A stretch of 50,762 nt of DNA from a virus (taxonomy: Duplodnaviria > Caudoviricetes), in IMG/VR virus record IMGVR_UViG_3300023104_000006, positions 1 through 50,762 of that record; one strand, written 5' to 3'. A model generated the notes under the pieces. It did no database searches. It was not told the DNA's origin and worked only from the letters and a program-made list of their open reading frames with translations. Shown in pieces: positions 1-8,742 of the stretch; position 1 is the stretch's first letter, and each line of letters starts with the position of its first letter. The position numbers were made by a program, and so were the translations under genes.

Positions 1-11
1 TTGATGGTCTG
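1..11 (+). repeat. Terminal overlap TTGATGGTCTG, identical to 50752..50762 (circular assembly)
   Basis: Direct sequence identity; joining the ends restores one TerL frame. Confidence 0.9.
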
Positions 12-662
12 TTAGATCCGATACGACTTGGCCGGGATGTACTTAACGAAATGGCTATAACATTGGGCAGCTATGGTTATGCCGGGCAAATACAGCAAAC
101 GCCTGCGCCAGAAAACGGGGCTATATGGGATAAGAACTGGTTTATTGTTGTGCCGGACAGCGAAATGCCATCTCCGTCAGAATTGGAAGCCTATGGCACA
201 GATTGGGATTTAGCTTATACAGCTGACGAAATGAACGCGGCCAATGCCTATGTTACTGCTGGTAAGAAAGATGGTAAGATGTACGTGGACTACATTGATT
301 TTGAATGGCTTGAATTTCCAGAGCTAATTGCCTTTATGAAGAAACAAGCTGAGCCACATTTTATTGAGGCTAAAGCTTCAGGTAAGAGCGCTAAACAATC
401 TCTTACCAAACAAGGCATCCCGGCCATTGAGATTAAAGTAGATGGTGGGGATAAGGTAGCCCGTACTAAAATGGTTACACCTTATGCGGAGGCTGGCATG
501 ATATGCGTTCGTAAATCCCAAATCGATAAACTACTACATGATGATCGACAGGGAATACTCAAATTCCCAAATGGCAAGTTCAAGGATTTAAATGATGCGT
601 TCGGGCAAAGCATTAGCCGGTTAATGAGTAGAGTTATTAAAGAAACAAGTTTTGGCTGGTAA
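1..662 (+). CDS. terL: Terminase large subunit, C-terminal (nuclease) part; continues from 49983..50762 across the circular junction
   Basis: Frame open from position 3 (DGLLDPIRLG...MAITLGSYGYAGQIQQTP). Contains TDWDLAYT, IEAKASG, GDKVAR and FPNGKFKDLNDA RNase H-like terminase motifs. In frame with the ORF at the end of the window. Confidence 0.9.
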   Translation, partial: DGLLDPIRLGRDVLNEMAITLGSYGYAGQIQQTPAPENGAIWDKNWFIVVPDSEMPSPSELEAYGTDWDLAYTADEMNAANAYVTAGKKDGKMYVDYIDFEWLEFPELIAFMKKQAEPHFIEAKASGKSAKQSLTKQGIPAIEIKVDGGDKVARTKMVTPYAEAGMICVRKSQIDKLLHDDRQGILKFPNGKFKDLNDAFGQSISRLMSRVIKETSFGW

Positions 663-689
663 AATAAAATCAGTATATTCGTACATACT

Positions 690-869
690 ATGGATATAAT
701 AAGCGAAATCAAGTCGGGTAAGTATAATTACAAGTACATAGCATTACGTTTGTACCCCGACAAAGCGGATAATGTGGCAATGGCTACCTTTAGCAATAAG
801 ATCAACGGAACCCAAAACCGTAAGTTCACTCAATCTGAAATTGATCAGATAAAAATTATTTTAAAATAG
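690..869 (+). CDS. Small HTH-like DNA-binding protein (59 aa, not in ORF track)
   Basis: MDIISEIKSGKYNYKYIALRLYPDKADNVAMATFSNKINGTQNRKFTQSEIDQIKIILK; HTH-like pattern; -7-like box TATATTCG at 674-681. Confidence 0.6.
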   Translation: MDIISEIKSGKYNYKYIALRLYPDKADNVAMATFSNKINGTQNRKFTQSEIDQIKIILK

Positions 870-873
870 TTCT

Positions 874-903
874 TGTATATCTGAATATACAATTGTATCT
901 TTG
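874..903 (+). promoter_or_regulatory. Inverted repeat TTGTATAT-n4-ATATACAA next to Bacteroidota -7 box TATCTTTG
   Basis: 8-bp perfect inverted repeat at 874-893; TAnnTTTG at 896-903. Confidence 0.6.
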
Positions 904-924
904 TTTAACAAAACAAACAGAGAT

Positions 925-1053
925 ATGAAAACTTCAAAAAACACTTACACAAATCAACTTGCAGCCGTAATGAACGCCGCTGACAAAAAGAAACTACCCG
1001 CTCAAATTTCAGCATTAGCAGCGTCTTTAGTGCGCGGAAAGGATTTGAAATAA
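925..1053 (+). CDS. Hypothetical 42-aa peptide
   Basis: A-rich start region; MKTSKNTYTNQLAAVMNAADKKKLPAQISALAASLVRGKDLK; TAATG coupling to the next gene. Confidence 0.55.
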   Translation: MKTSKNTYTNQLAAVMNAADKKKLPAQISALAASLVRGKDLK

Positions 1054-1343
1054 TGAAAAGGCGAGTAATGTTAACAGCATGGTCAGTAGCTGACAAGTTC
1101 AATTCTTTTGCAGATGCTTTGGTGTATGCCTGGCGTGTAATCAAATTACAAATAGCCCTATTGTGTGGAGTTGTTGAATTTCAATACCGTAAGGTTGATG
1201 GTTCGGTTCGTAAGGCGGTTGGAACGCTTGATATATCTTATGAGCGTAAAAGTTCACAGACTTCCAAACGCGGTGCGTTTACTTATTGGGATATTGAAGC
1301 TGGTGGTTTTAGGAGTTGCAGGATTGAATCGTTAATATTTTAA
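1053..1343 (+). CDS. SH3 beta-barrel / WYL-like (DUF2693-type) protein
   Basis: VVEFQYRKVDGSVRKAVGTL...TYWDIEAGGFRS pattern typical of this family in Bacteroidota elements. Confidence 0.8.
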   Translation: MKRRVMLTAWSVADKFNSFADALVYAWRVIKLQIALLCGVVEFQYRKVDGSVRKAVGTLDISYERKSSQTSKRGAFTYWDIEAGGFRSCRIESLIF

Positions 1344-1347
1344 GATA

Positions 1348-1530
1348 TACTCGCAAGGGAGCCATTTTCAGACATGGTAGAGTAGCGAGTCAAATGCTGG
1401 ATTAATATGTTTTGCCCTGATTTTTACCAGCCCCTACATTGAAAACAGAAGATATATGTCTGATATATTGAGTTTTTAGTGTAGGGAACAACAGGGATTT
1501 TAATAACCCATTTATCCGGTTAGGGTCGGC
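1348..1530 (+). ncRNA. Candidate structured ncRNA with kissing loop and pseudoknot
   Basis: Several helices found by eye, including a 15-bp stem 1432-1446/1472-1486 and loop-loop pairing CAGAC/GTCTG; no ORF-track gene here. Confidence 0.55.
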
Positions 1531-1558
1531 TATTTATAAAAGATTGATGATAAATTTG

Positions 1559-1662
1559 TATCTTTATAATGTAGGGTTGCAGCTACAATTAAACACATTA
1601 AAAAAACTTAGCCTATTGGTTAGTACCGACTGCAACCGGGAAAGCCAGTAGGTTTTTTATTT
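1559..1662 (+). promoter_or_regulatory. Promoter plus kissing-loop leader/attenuator upstream of HNH gene
   Basis: -7-like boxes (1551-1558, 1559-1566); hairpin loop GGTTGCAG complementary to CTGCAACC in a second hairpin that ends in a U-tract. Confidence 0.6.
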
Positions 1663-2310
1663 ATGGAAGATTTGAAAGGGTTGATTTTTGGTAAAGTAAT
1701 AGTACTTGAATATGATAAGCCAATATACGTTACTGACAAGAACGGTGTATCTATTAAAAAAAACTATTGGTTATGTAAATGCGATTGCGGATACATCTTT
1801 TCAAGACTTGCAGGTCTAATAAAGAATAGAACTAAGGCATGTAAAAAATGTAGTAGAAAAAAGGAAAAGCTAAGTATTAAAAAAAGCAGTTCATACGCTT
1901 TTAAAAAATCTAAAGTAATTCCCGAAGACAAAGAGCTTTATAAATTAATTCAAATTAGATACCATGGAATGATTTACAGATGCTATAACAAAAATCATAA
2001 TTCTTATAAATATTATGGAGAAAGAGGTATATCAGTATATAATCCATGGAAAACCAGTATTTATTTGTTTTATATTTGGTGTGTAAATACTGGTTTTAAT
2101 AAAGATCTAACATTGGATAGGATAGATGTAAACGGTAACTATTGCCCTGAAAATTGTAGGTGGGTAACGCCAGAATTTCAGCAGAATAATAGACGATGCA
2201 ATATTAAGAGGGTGTTTAATGGTTTACTTTTAACATCATCTGAGATTGCAAAAATAACTGGTCGTTCTTATATGCAGGAACGGGTATTAACTAATAGAGC
2301 AAATAAATAA
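1663..2310 (+). CDS. Free-standing HNH homing endonuclease
   Basis: WLCKCDCG zinc motif; YHGMIYRC...YYGERGISV...LTLDRIDVNGNYCPENCRW HNH signature. Confidence 0.85.
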   Translation: MEDLKGLIFGKVIVLEYDKPIYVTDKNGVSIKKNYWLCKCDCGYIFSRLAGLIKNRTKACKKCSRKKEKLSIKKSSSYAFKKSKVIPEDKELYKLIQIRYHGMIYRCYNKNHNSYKYYGERGISVYNPWKTSIYLFYIWCVNTGFNKDLTLDRIDVNGNYCPENCRWVTPEFQQNNRRCNIKRVFNGLLLTSSEIAKITGRSYMQERVLTNRANK

Positions 2311-2333
2311 TTTTTCATATCAGTTTTGTTTTG

Positions 2334-2368
2334 AACGGGAAAAGCGCCAGGCTTTTACCCGTTTTTTT
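2334..2368 (+). terminator. Rho-independent terminator
   Basis: AACGGG-AAAAGC...GCTTTT-ACCCGTT stem followed by a T-run. Confidence 0.8.
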
Positions 2369-2398
2369 ATTTGCGTAGAAATTACCTACATTTACAAC

Positions 2399-3766
2399 AT
2401 GGGAATTGTAAGTGCATTATTCGGGGCGGCTATACAGAAAGAGGCTAACGAAGCAATAGCGAAACGTGCTGCTAATCAAATGGCAAATAATGTGAGTTTG
2501 ATCAATATAGGACTTAACTCATCATTACCGGCAATCAATCCCGATGCAGCGGATTACCAAAACATATTTAAAACGATTGGTGCTGTTTACGAAGTAACCG
2601 ATAGTATCACTAAGAAAGTATTGAACTGCCCATTTGTATTTTACAAGGTTAAGGATAAAGCAAAACTGCAAAAGTCAAAGCAGGTTCAAAAACACGATTC
2701 CGTTCAGGCTTATATTCTAAAGATGCAAGCTATTGAGGAAGTAGATAATAGCGAACTACTTGCCCTGCTTACCAACGGCAAAGCTAACCCATACCAAAAC
2801 GGGTACCAGGTAATGTGGACTGCTATACTATCTTATTTGTTGCAGGGGAATACATATTTGCACGGTGTGCCAGCAGGCAGTAAGATAAAAGAATTATACT
2901 GCTTCCCTAATATGGAGATCAATGCCGATTCGGAAGACTTACTGGATCCAATACGTGGATATACTTTACTGACTGATAAGCGTCCCAAGTTTGAAATCGA
3001 CGAAATACAACATATTAAAACAGGCAATCCATGCCCGGTTGATATCACCATGCAATATTTGTACGGTGTTGCTCCATTACGCGCTTATCTGGAGCCGGTA
3101 CGTTCTATCAAGGAGGGTAAATCACAGGGCAGCAAGCAACTTCGTAACGGTGGTACGTTCGGTATACTTTCGCCACGTGACAAAGAAGACCAGTTAGACA
3201 CCGACCAAAAGAACCAGCTCAAAGAAAAGATGATTGAATCCCGTAGGTCGGATGATGAATTATCGAGGGTATTCCCCTCATCTATTCCGCTAATGTGGCA
3301 AAGTATAGGGTTACCTGTTGGAGATTTGAAACTGTTGGAGATTGTTAGCGCAAGCGAGGAAGATATTTACCGGGCATTTCACTGGCCGTTGCAGTTCCAT
3401 AACCAAAAGGCGAGTACAAGTAACAACCAAGCTACCGCAGTTAAGCAGGCTATTTATGATGCAGTGGCACCAGTGTGTGATGTGATAGGCGAGGCATTAA
3501 CTTCATTCCTGGGTAAAGGATTTGGCGGTATAACTATTGAATTGGACTATACGCAACTCCCCGAAATGGCTGTTAATATGAAGGATGTAGCGGCTTATCT
3601 TTCAGCACTACCAAAAGGAATACTGACCCCAAATGAGATGAGGTCAGTATTGCGATACGGTGAGAAGCCAGAAAAGTATATGAGTGAGCATTACGTAGAG
3701 TCAGGACTTACCACCCTTGCTGCTGTATATCAATCCTCTATTCAACCACAGGCAACAGGTGAGTAA
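2399..3766 (+). CDS. Portal protein (HK97 family)
   Basis: LLQGNTY, IQHIK, LYGVAPL and ILTPNEMR motifs; position after terminase. Confidence 0.9.
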   Translation: MGIVSALFGAAIQKEANEAIAKRAANQMANNVSLINIGLNSSLPAINPDAADYQNIFKTIGAVYEVTDSITKKVLNCPFVFYKVKDKAKLQKSKQVQKHDSVQAYILKMQAIEEVDNSELLALLTNGKANPYQNGYQVMWTAILSYLLQGNTYLHGVPAGSKIKELYCFPNMEINADSEDLLDPIRGYTLLTDKRPKFEIDEIQHIKTGNPCPVDITMQYLYGVAPLRAYLEPVRSIKEGKSQGSKQLRNGGTFGILSPRDKEDQLDTDQKNQLKEKMIESRRSDDELSRVFPSSIPLMWQSIGLPVGDLKLLEIVSASEEDIYRAFHWPLQFHNQKASTSNNQATAVKQAIYDAVAPVCDVIGEALTSFLGKGFGGITIELDYTQLPEMAVNMKDVAAYLSALPKGILTPNEMRSVLRYGEKPEKYMSEHYVESGLTTLAAVYQSSIQPQATGE

Positions 3767-4310
3767 TGTCTGTCAGTGGCGTATCGCTACCTGTACGGTA
3801 TAGGTGGTACACATAAACACCTAACATTAACCCTAATTTCATACCCATTGCTCGTGCTTTGATGCTAAATATGGAATCAAATTGCAATGATTTTTCCTCA
3901 AAACCCCCAAGTGCCTGCCATGTACGAACCCGAAAGCACAGACAACATGCAGCAAGAATATTAGTATAGGGTTCAACCTCGCTATACGCCATGTCCCGCC
4001 TACTCTTAGCCACCTCTATATGATGCCTAATATCGTAAACATCAAACATGCCTTGGTGTAATTGATAAGGCATAGCCAAGCGGTTTGTTGTGGCACCTAA
4101 TAAGTCGTAATCAGTGGTGCTGAGTATGTGTTCAACCTGTGCTTTACTATCGGCCAGAAGCCACAAAACGTCATAATCTGTCAACACGATCCAATCTTCG
4201 CTATTGGCTGCCAGTTGAGTGATCGCTTTGTTGATTGAGCCTCCAATGTTTTTGGATGGCGATGAATCGAATGGACTGATATAGTGTGCTTTTACTTGTG
4301 CTTCCACCAT
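3738..4310 (-). CDS. Glycosyltransferase (GT-A fold, GT2-like)
   Basis: WIVLTDYDV DxD motif; WQALGGFEE; VYVYHLY. Confidence 0.75.
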   Translation of the reverse strand: MVEAQVKAHYISPFDSSPSKNIGGSINKAITQLAANSEDWIVLTDYDVLWLLADSKAQVEHILSTTDYDLLGATTNRLAMPYQLHQGMFDVYDIRHHIEVAKSRRDMAYSEVEPYTNILAACCLCFRVRTWQALGGFEEKSLQFDSIFSIKARAMGMKLGLMLGVYVYHLYRTGSDTPLTDITHLLPVVE

Positions 4311-5608
4311 GCCGTTAAATTATTTTCTTCATACCCCTTAAACACTGTATTCACATGCGCCCCCTGCTCAAACCTGCCCTTAAAATCAATATAAGCAGTA
4401 TAATTAAACATAGCCATATCGGTTAGCTGGTTTTCTAATCCCGACCGTTCGCACATGATATTGCAAAACTCTAATACCGTGTCACGGTTACCACCACATA
4501 TGCCAGCATTCAGTAAAGGTAATGGCGTATCAAACATTTCATTGTAAAACTCGTGCATGTGGTGATTTCGTAACCAGGGGTGTGTAAGGTTCGAGACAGC
4601 CTCGTTACCAACATACAATACACCCCACTTCATATGGGGGAATGGATTGCGCAGCATAGTAACATCCGTTCCATCTGTGAGCCATACGTAGCACAATGGG
4701 TCAAGTGAGGCTACGTAGTCGCGGTAATAAAACCAACGGGCAAAGTAGGGGTTGGTATGAGTTTGAACGGCAGCGTCACGCAACACTATGGGGGCAACCC
4801 CAGATACATCCAACACCGACTGTTCCCATAGTGAAGTTTCCACCATGTCCCGCTTAAACCCGTATTGCGGATCTACCAATTCAGTGATTGCACACGTAGC
4901 CGCATATCCCGGCACCGGCTTGAATGGTATAAACTCTTTACTATCTCTTACCCTTGTAAGATGGTTGTAATTAGCTGCAATATACAACGCGCGGTTATCC
5001 TGTACCGATGATAATGTTTCCATAGCCCAATCCATTGAGTGGAATAATTCCAGGGAGTTCGGCACATCCTGAAACTTGTATGTGGTTAAACCGGCATTGT
5101 ATATGCGGTTACTCCATTCCGCATGCTCGTGGGAGTAGACAAGGAAGCGAGGGTCGAAACCACCTACTTTGTCGAGCGCGGATTTGTGAACGTATAAGAG
5201 GCATCCGCATGGATTTTGGTACTCTATGAGTTCGCCGGTGTTTACGGCTATGCGGTTTCCGTTCGGCCTCCCGTCCTTCAACTCTGAAAATGTGAACATC
5301 AAATGCGGTTCTGGACTGTTAACGTAGGGTTGCCACCAATTTTTAGTTATCGGCCAGCAATCGTCGTCGCTGAGAAATATGTCAGTGCAGCCAGCATCGG
5401 TTAAAAGTTCAAGGCACTTGTTTTTAGCAACCGATATTCCTTGTGCTTTTTCAAACCTGAAATCAGCACCGGGGAACGGAACTTCACTGCCATCATCTAC
5501 TATAACAAGCGTTGCGCCTTTAGGTAGATGTTTGCGCCAATTCTTTACAGCTATAGTTGCTGATTCATGGCGATTGTGAACTGATATTGCAATTCCTATT
5601 TTAACCAT
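4292..5608 (-). CDS. Two-domain glycosyltransferase (GT2 N-terminal domain plus second GT-A domain)
   Basis: IGIAISVHNR, VIVDDGS, IFLSDDDCWP and KVGGFD; second domain WLTDGTDV and LNAGICGG. Confidence 0.85.
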   Translation of the reverse strand: MVKIGIAISVHNRHESATIAVKNWRKHLPKGATLVIVDDGSEVPFPGADFRFEKAQGISVAKNKCLELLTDAGCTDIFLSDDDCWPITKNWWQPYVNSPEPHLMFTFSELKDGRPNGNRIAVNTGELIEYQNPCGCLLYVHKSALDKVGGFDPRFLVYSHEHAEWSNRIYNAGLTTYKFQDVPNSLELFHSMDWAMETLSSVQDNRALYIAANYNHLTRVRDSKEFIPFKPVPGYAATCAITELVDPQYGFKRDMVETSLWEQSVLDVSGVAPIVLRDAAVQTHTNPYFARWFYYRDYVASLDPLCYVWLTDGTDVTMLRNPFPHMKWGVLYVGNEAVSNLTHPWLRNHHMHEFYNEMFDTPLPLLNAGICGGNRDTVLEFCNIMCERSGLENQLTDMAMFNYTAYIDFKGRFEQGAHVNTVFKGYEENNLTAWWKHK

Positions 5609-5931
5609 GTGCTTCCTTTCACAATTGGTATAAATTCTATTACGGAAGTTATTTTATTGTCTATAAAATTACCATTCAAGTTGCCCATTTTAATAAATAT
5701 AGTTCCAATATGATTCCCATCGGCCATTAACTTAGTTTGATTACTATCGTTGTTGGATATTAATCCAAATCGATGTTTGTCTATTTCTGGATTAAACTCT
5801 CTGCCCAAGTAAATTTCAAGGGTTACAGATAGAACATCGTGCCATTTGTTTAAAAAGTCTACTTTAATAGTATTTGTTAGATATGAAACATCTGAAACGT
5901 CGTAATCAGTCCAGCTTTTTATTCTTTTCAT
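5596..5931 (-). CDS. Hypothetical protein
   Basis: ORF overlapping both neighbours in the minus-strand operon. Confidence 0.6.
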   Translation of the reverse strand: MKRIKSWTDYDVSDVSYLTNTIKVDFLNKWHDVLSVTLEIYLGREFNPEIDKHRFGLISNNDSNQTKLMADGNHIGTIFIKMGNLNGNFIDNKITSVIEFIPIVKGSTWLK

Positions 5932-6101
5932 TTCCCCTCCTCCAGTTTTACATCCTTAACGGCTTGGTAAATCAAGTTATTAACTAAGTATGAAATGGAA
6001 CGGTCTTGCCCATCGGCCAATTGCTTTAACTTTTGATAAGTTAGCCAGTCAGGGTAAGCTTGTACTTTTGCCCTGCTGGGGTACGTGTGTTGTTTGGCCA
6101 T
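5928..6101 (-). CDS. Ribbon-helix-helix (Arc/CopG-like) regulator, 57 aa, not in ORF track
   Basis: KVQAYPDWLTYQKLKQLADGQDRSISYLVNNLIYQAV RHH pattern; TAATG and ATGA coupling on either side. Confidence 0.65.
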   Translation of the reverse strand: MAKQHTYPSRAKVQAYPDWLTYQKLKQLADGQDRSISYLVNNLIYQAVKDVKLEEGK

Positions 6102-6388
6102 TATAAACCAGCCTCCTTTTTTAATTCTTTAGCATTGTTGAAAATATAGTCGCCAATGCGTTTGTGCATTTGAGATTGATCTTCATTATCAAACCCTCTA
6201 AACTTAACACGTGCCGGATAGCATTTAATAACCGGCGCATCATCGCCTAATTCTTTGTAGTTATCTACCTCAACCACCAACGCCCACCCGAAGGCGTGCA
6301 ATAAGGTATTGACAAACATAAATAAACCTGTTTTACGGAACTCATCCCACGACTTTGGATCAACCCATTTAATATCTTTCTTTTTCAT
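6101..6388 (-). CDS. Hypothetical phage protein
   Basis: First ORF of the inverted cassette; coupled to the RHH gene. Confidence 0.65.
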   Translation of the reverse strand: MKKKDIKWVDPKSWDEFRKTGLFMFVNTLLHAFGWALVVEVDNYKELGDDAPVIKCYPARVKFRGFDNEDQSQMHKRIGDYIFNNAKELKKEAGL

Positions 6389-6469
6389 GAAGTAAATTAA
6401 CGCATATTAATTTGCAATCGCAACCGGTTTTATAACTATTCCGCTCGCTTATACTATTTTTACACCAAC

Positions 6470-6592
6470 ATGCAAGACAAAAACAACGATTTAGATAAGT
6501 TGAAGCAATTGCAAACAAAGCCATTGCCTGAAAAAGCACGTAAAGCGATCAACGAAAAGGTAAAAGGCCACCAGAAAGAGGTTAAGAAATGA
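6470..6592 (+). CDS. Hypothetical 40-aa basic peptide
   Basis: MQDKNNDLDKLKQLQTKPLPEKARKAINEKVKGHQKEVKK; ATGA overlap with the protease gene. Confidence 0.55.
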   Translation: MQDKNNDLDKLKQLQTKPLPEKARKAINEKVKGHQKEVKK

Positions 6593-7431
6593 TATTAAAA
6601 ACAAAGTATTTTCCAGAAAAAGAATTTGCAAGCAAAGAAGAATTGTTTGCGGATTTCAGGAAAAACTATCAGGACTTCATATCATTTAAAAAAGGTGACA
6701 TACAAAAAGGCTGTGAAAAGGGTGCTCATGTAACCTGTAAGTTAATTAGCCCCACCCGATTGCATGAAACCAACAAGGCTATTGCTACCGATGAAAGCAA
6801 CTACTATATTGTAGTGAACACCACCGGTATATTGGATAGCCACGAAGATTTGCACGTAAAGGGCATTTGGAATAAATCTGTAAAAGAACAACAAGGCCAA
6901 AATTACCTTACTGTAGACCACCAACTAACCATTGAAGGGATTGCTGTTCGCAAGGAATATGTGCAAATGATGGTTGCAACTGTGCCGTTTAGCATGTTAG
7001 GTAAATCTTATACTGGAGATACCGAAGCATTAATATACGTGGTGCCAAAAGATAAATTCATTCATACTAAGGCTAAGGAATGGCTCGAAAGTGGCGATGA
7101 AATACAGGCATCAGTGCGTATGTTGTACGTCACTGTGCTATTCGGCATGGATAGCAACGATCCCGCTGATGCGGAGTTGAAAAAGAACTATGATGCCTAT
7201 ATTGGTCAGGTTGCCAACAAAGACGAATTTGAATATGTGCCTTACTTCTTTGTTATCAAAGAGGCTAAGAACGTCAAAGAAAGCGCACTTGTTGTTTATG
7301 GCAGCAATCACGTTACAGGAAATGTATTTAACATGAAGCCGGAAGAAAAATCCACTTCACAGGAAAATAAGTCAGAACCCGCAGAGAGCAGTTCTACTAC
7401 AAAATCAAATTATTACTCACTAATTCACTAA
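6589..7431 (+). CDS. Prohead protease-like protein
   Basis: LDSHEDLHVKGIWNKS, VDHQL and ESALVVYGSN motifs; directly before capsid gene. Confidence 0.7.
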   Translation: MILKTKYFPEKEFASKEELFADFRKNYQDFISFKKGDIQKGCEKGAHVTCKLISPTRLHETNKAIATDESNYYIVVNTTGILDSHEDLHVKGIWNKSVKEQQGQNYLTVDHQLTIEGIAVRKEYVQMMVATVPFSMLGKSYTGDTEALIYVVPKDKFIHTKAKEWLESGDEIQASVRMLYVTVLFGMDSNDPADAELKKNYDAYIGQVANKDEFEYVPYFFVIKEAKNVKESALVVYGSNHVTGNVFNMKPEEKSTSQENKSEPAESSSTTKSNYYSLIH

Positions 7432-7433
7432 AA

Positions 7434-8720
7434 ATGAACTTAAAAGATTTTAAAGTATTGTCCAAAGAGGCATACGAAGCTCTCTCGGAAAGAGAACAAG
7501 TAAAGTACGAGATCAACCTGGAGGCTTACAAAGAAGCTGAAAACACCAAGTTGGTTAATGAGGCCGTGAAATTGGCTATTGAAGCACAGCGCGAAGAAGC
7601 AAAATCGGAGGTTGAGAAACTTATTGCCGCTATTAAGTCGGAAAACAAAGAAGAACTTGACAAATTATCCGAGGCCAACAAAGCCAAGTTAGAAGAAGTT
7701 GAAGCCGCTATGAAGCGTGCTAAAATTGGCGAGGCTAACATCCGCATGAAGGGTTTTAGCGAGCATATCATTGAAAAACTTTCTACTGATGAAGGTGAAG
7801 CAATGATCAAGGCTTTCTTCTCTGGCCAGCGCGAAAAGTTCAACATGGAAATGAACGATGGAGAAATCAAAGCTCTTGGTGTGCCAACTGGTGGAACCGC
7901 ACCGCAGTTTACTTCTATTGTAGGTCCCGGCCACGATGATTTTCACGCACGCCAAATTATACCTGTTTTTCCAACAAGTACCGACCTCGTAAAGTTCATT
8001 CAGTACGTGGTTGATGGTTCTGCAACAGGTTTCGCTACAGTTGCTGCTGGTGGTCAAAAGCCGTTTACGGGTTACATTGGCACTTCAAAAGAAGCTCCTG
8101 TTCGTAAAATTGCAGGGTTGCTCGACGTACAGGACGAGTTGATGGATGACGTTGTAGGTTTCCGCGCTTGGATTGCTTACGAGCTACCAAAGGCTTACAT
8201 GGATGCTGAAGATTTGCAAATATTCAAGGGTGATGGCACCGGGACTAACCTATTAGGCTTATGGACACAGGCTGGTGCGCAAACATTCCCACAAGGAACC
8301 GTAACAGCGGCTTCTAATGCTATCGATAAAATAATTGCAGGGATCACACAGGTTCGTAAATTAAAACGCGGCACATCGGCTGTAACAATTTCTGCCGTGC
8401 AATGGCAAGAAATTTTGATCAACAAGAGCACAACCAAAGAATACACCTATCCAATTGTTTTAGATGCTAACGGCGTTATGCGCATCGGTGGCGTGCCTAT
8501 CTTCTGGTCAAACGTATTCCTTGATAACGAAGGCTTAGTAGGCGACTTCGCGCGTGGTACTGCTATTTTCCAACGCAAAGCCATGACAATTGGTTACTTT
8601 GATCAAAACAAGGACAACGTGGAGAAAAATGTGGTGACAATTCGTTTGGAAGGCCGTATCGCCCTTCCTATTTACTTCCCTGAAGCATTCAAAAGGTTAT
8701 CGTTTACCATTACCACTTAA
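7434..8720 (+). CDS. Major capsid protein, HK97 fold, with N-terminal coiled-coil delta domain
   Basis: Helical Glu/Ala-rich N-terminus; KIAGLLDVQDELMDD, GDGTGTNLLGL, LVGDF and VTIRLEGR. Confidence 0.93.
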   Translation: MNLKDFKVLSKEAYEALSEREQVKYEINLEAYKEAENTKLVNEAVKLAIEAQREEAKSEVEKLIAAIKSENKEELDKLSEANKAKLEEVEAAMKRAKIGEANIRMKGFSEHIIEKLSTDEGEAMIKAFFSGQREKFNMEMNDGEIKALGVPTGGTAPQFTSIVGPGHDDFHARQIIPVFPTSTDLVKFIQYVVDGSATGFATVAAGGQKPFTGYIGTSKEAPVRKIAGLLDVQDELMDDVVGFRAWIAYELPKAYMDAEDLQIFKGDGTGTNLLGLWTQAGAQTFPQGTVTAASNAIDKIIAGITQVRKLKRGTSAVTISAVQWQEILINKSTTKEYTYPIVLDANGVMRIGGVPIFWSNVFLDNEGLVGDFARGTAIFQRKAMTIGYFDQNKDNVEKNVVTIRLEGRIALPIYFPEAFKRLSFTITT

Positions 8721-8742
8721 TCTTCTGTTGTAGTTTTCATAT

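Noticed and set aside
1342-2310. Group I intron hosting the HNH gene (AAGATATACTC resembles the S element)
   Set aside because: The S-like word precedes rather than follows any R-like word, and no interrupted gene flanks the region: TerL and portal are intact.
1348-2310. IscB/HEARO-type RNA-guided nuclease system
   Set aside because: The HNH protein is 215 aa with no PLMP or RuvC motifs, and a separate promoter lies between the RNA and the gene.
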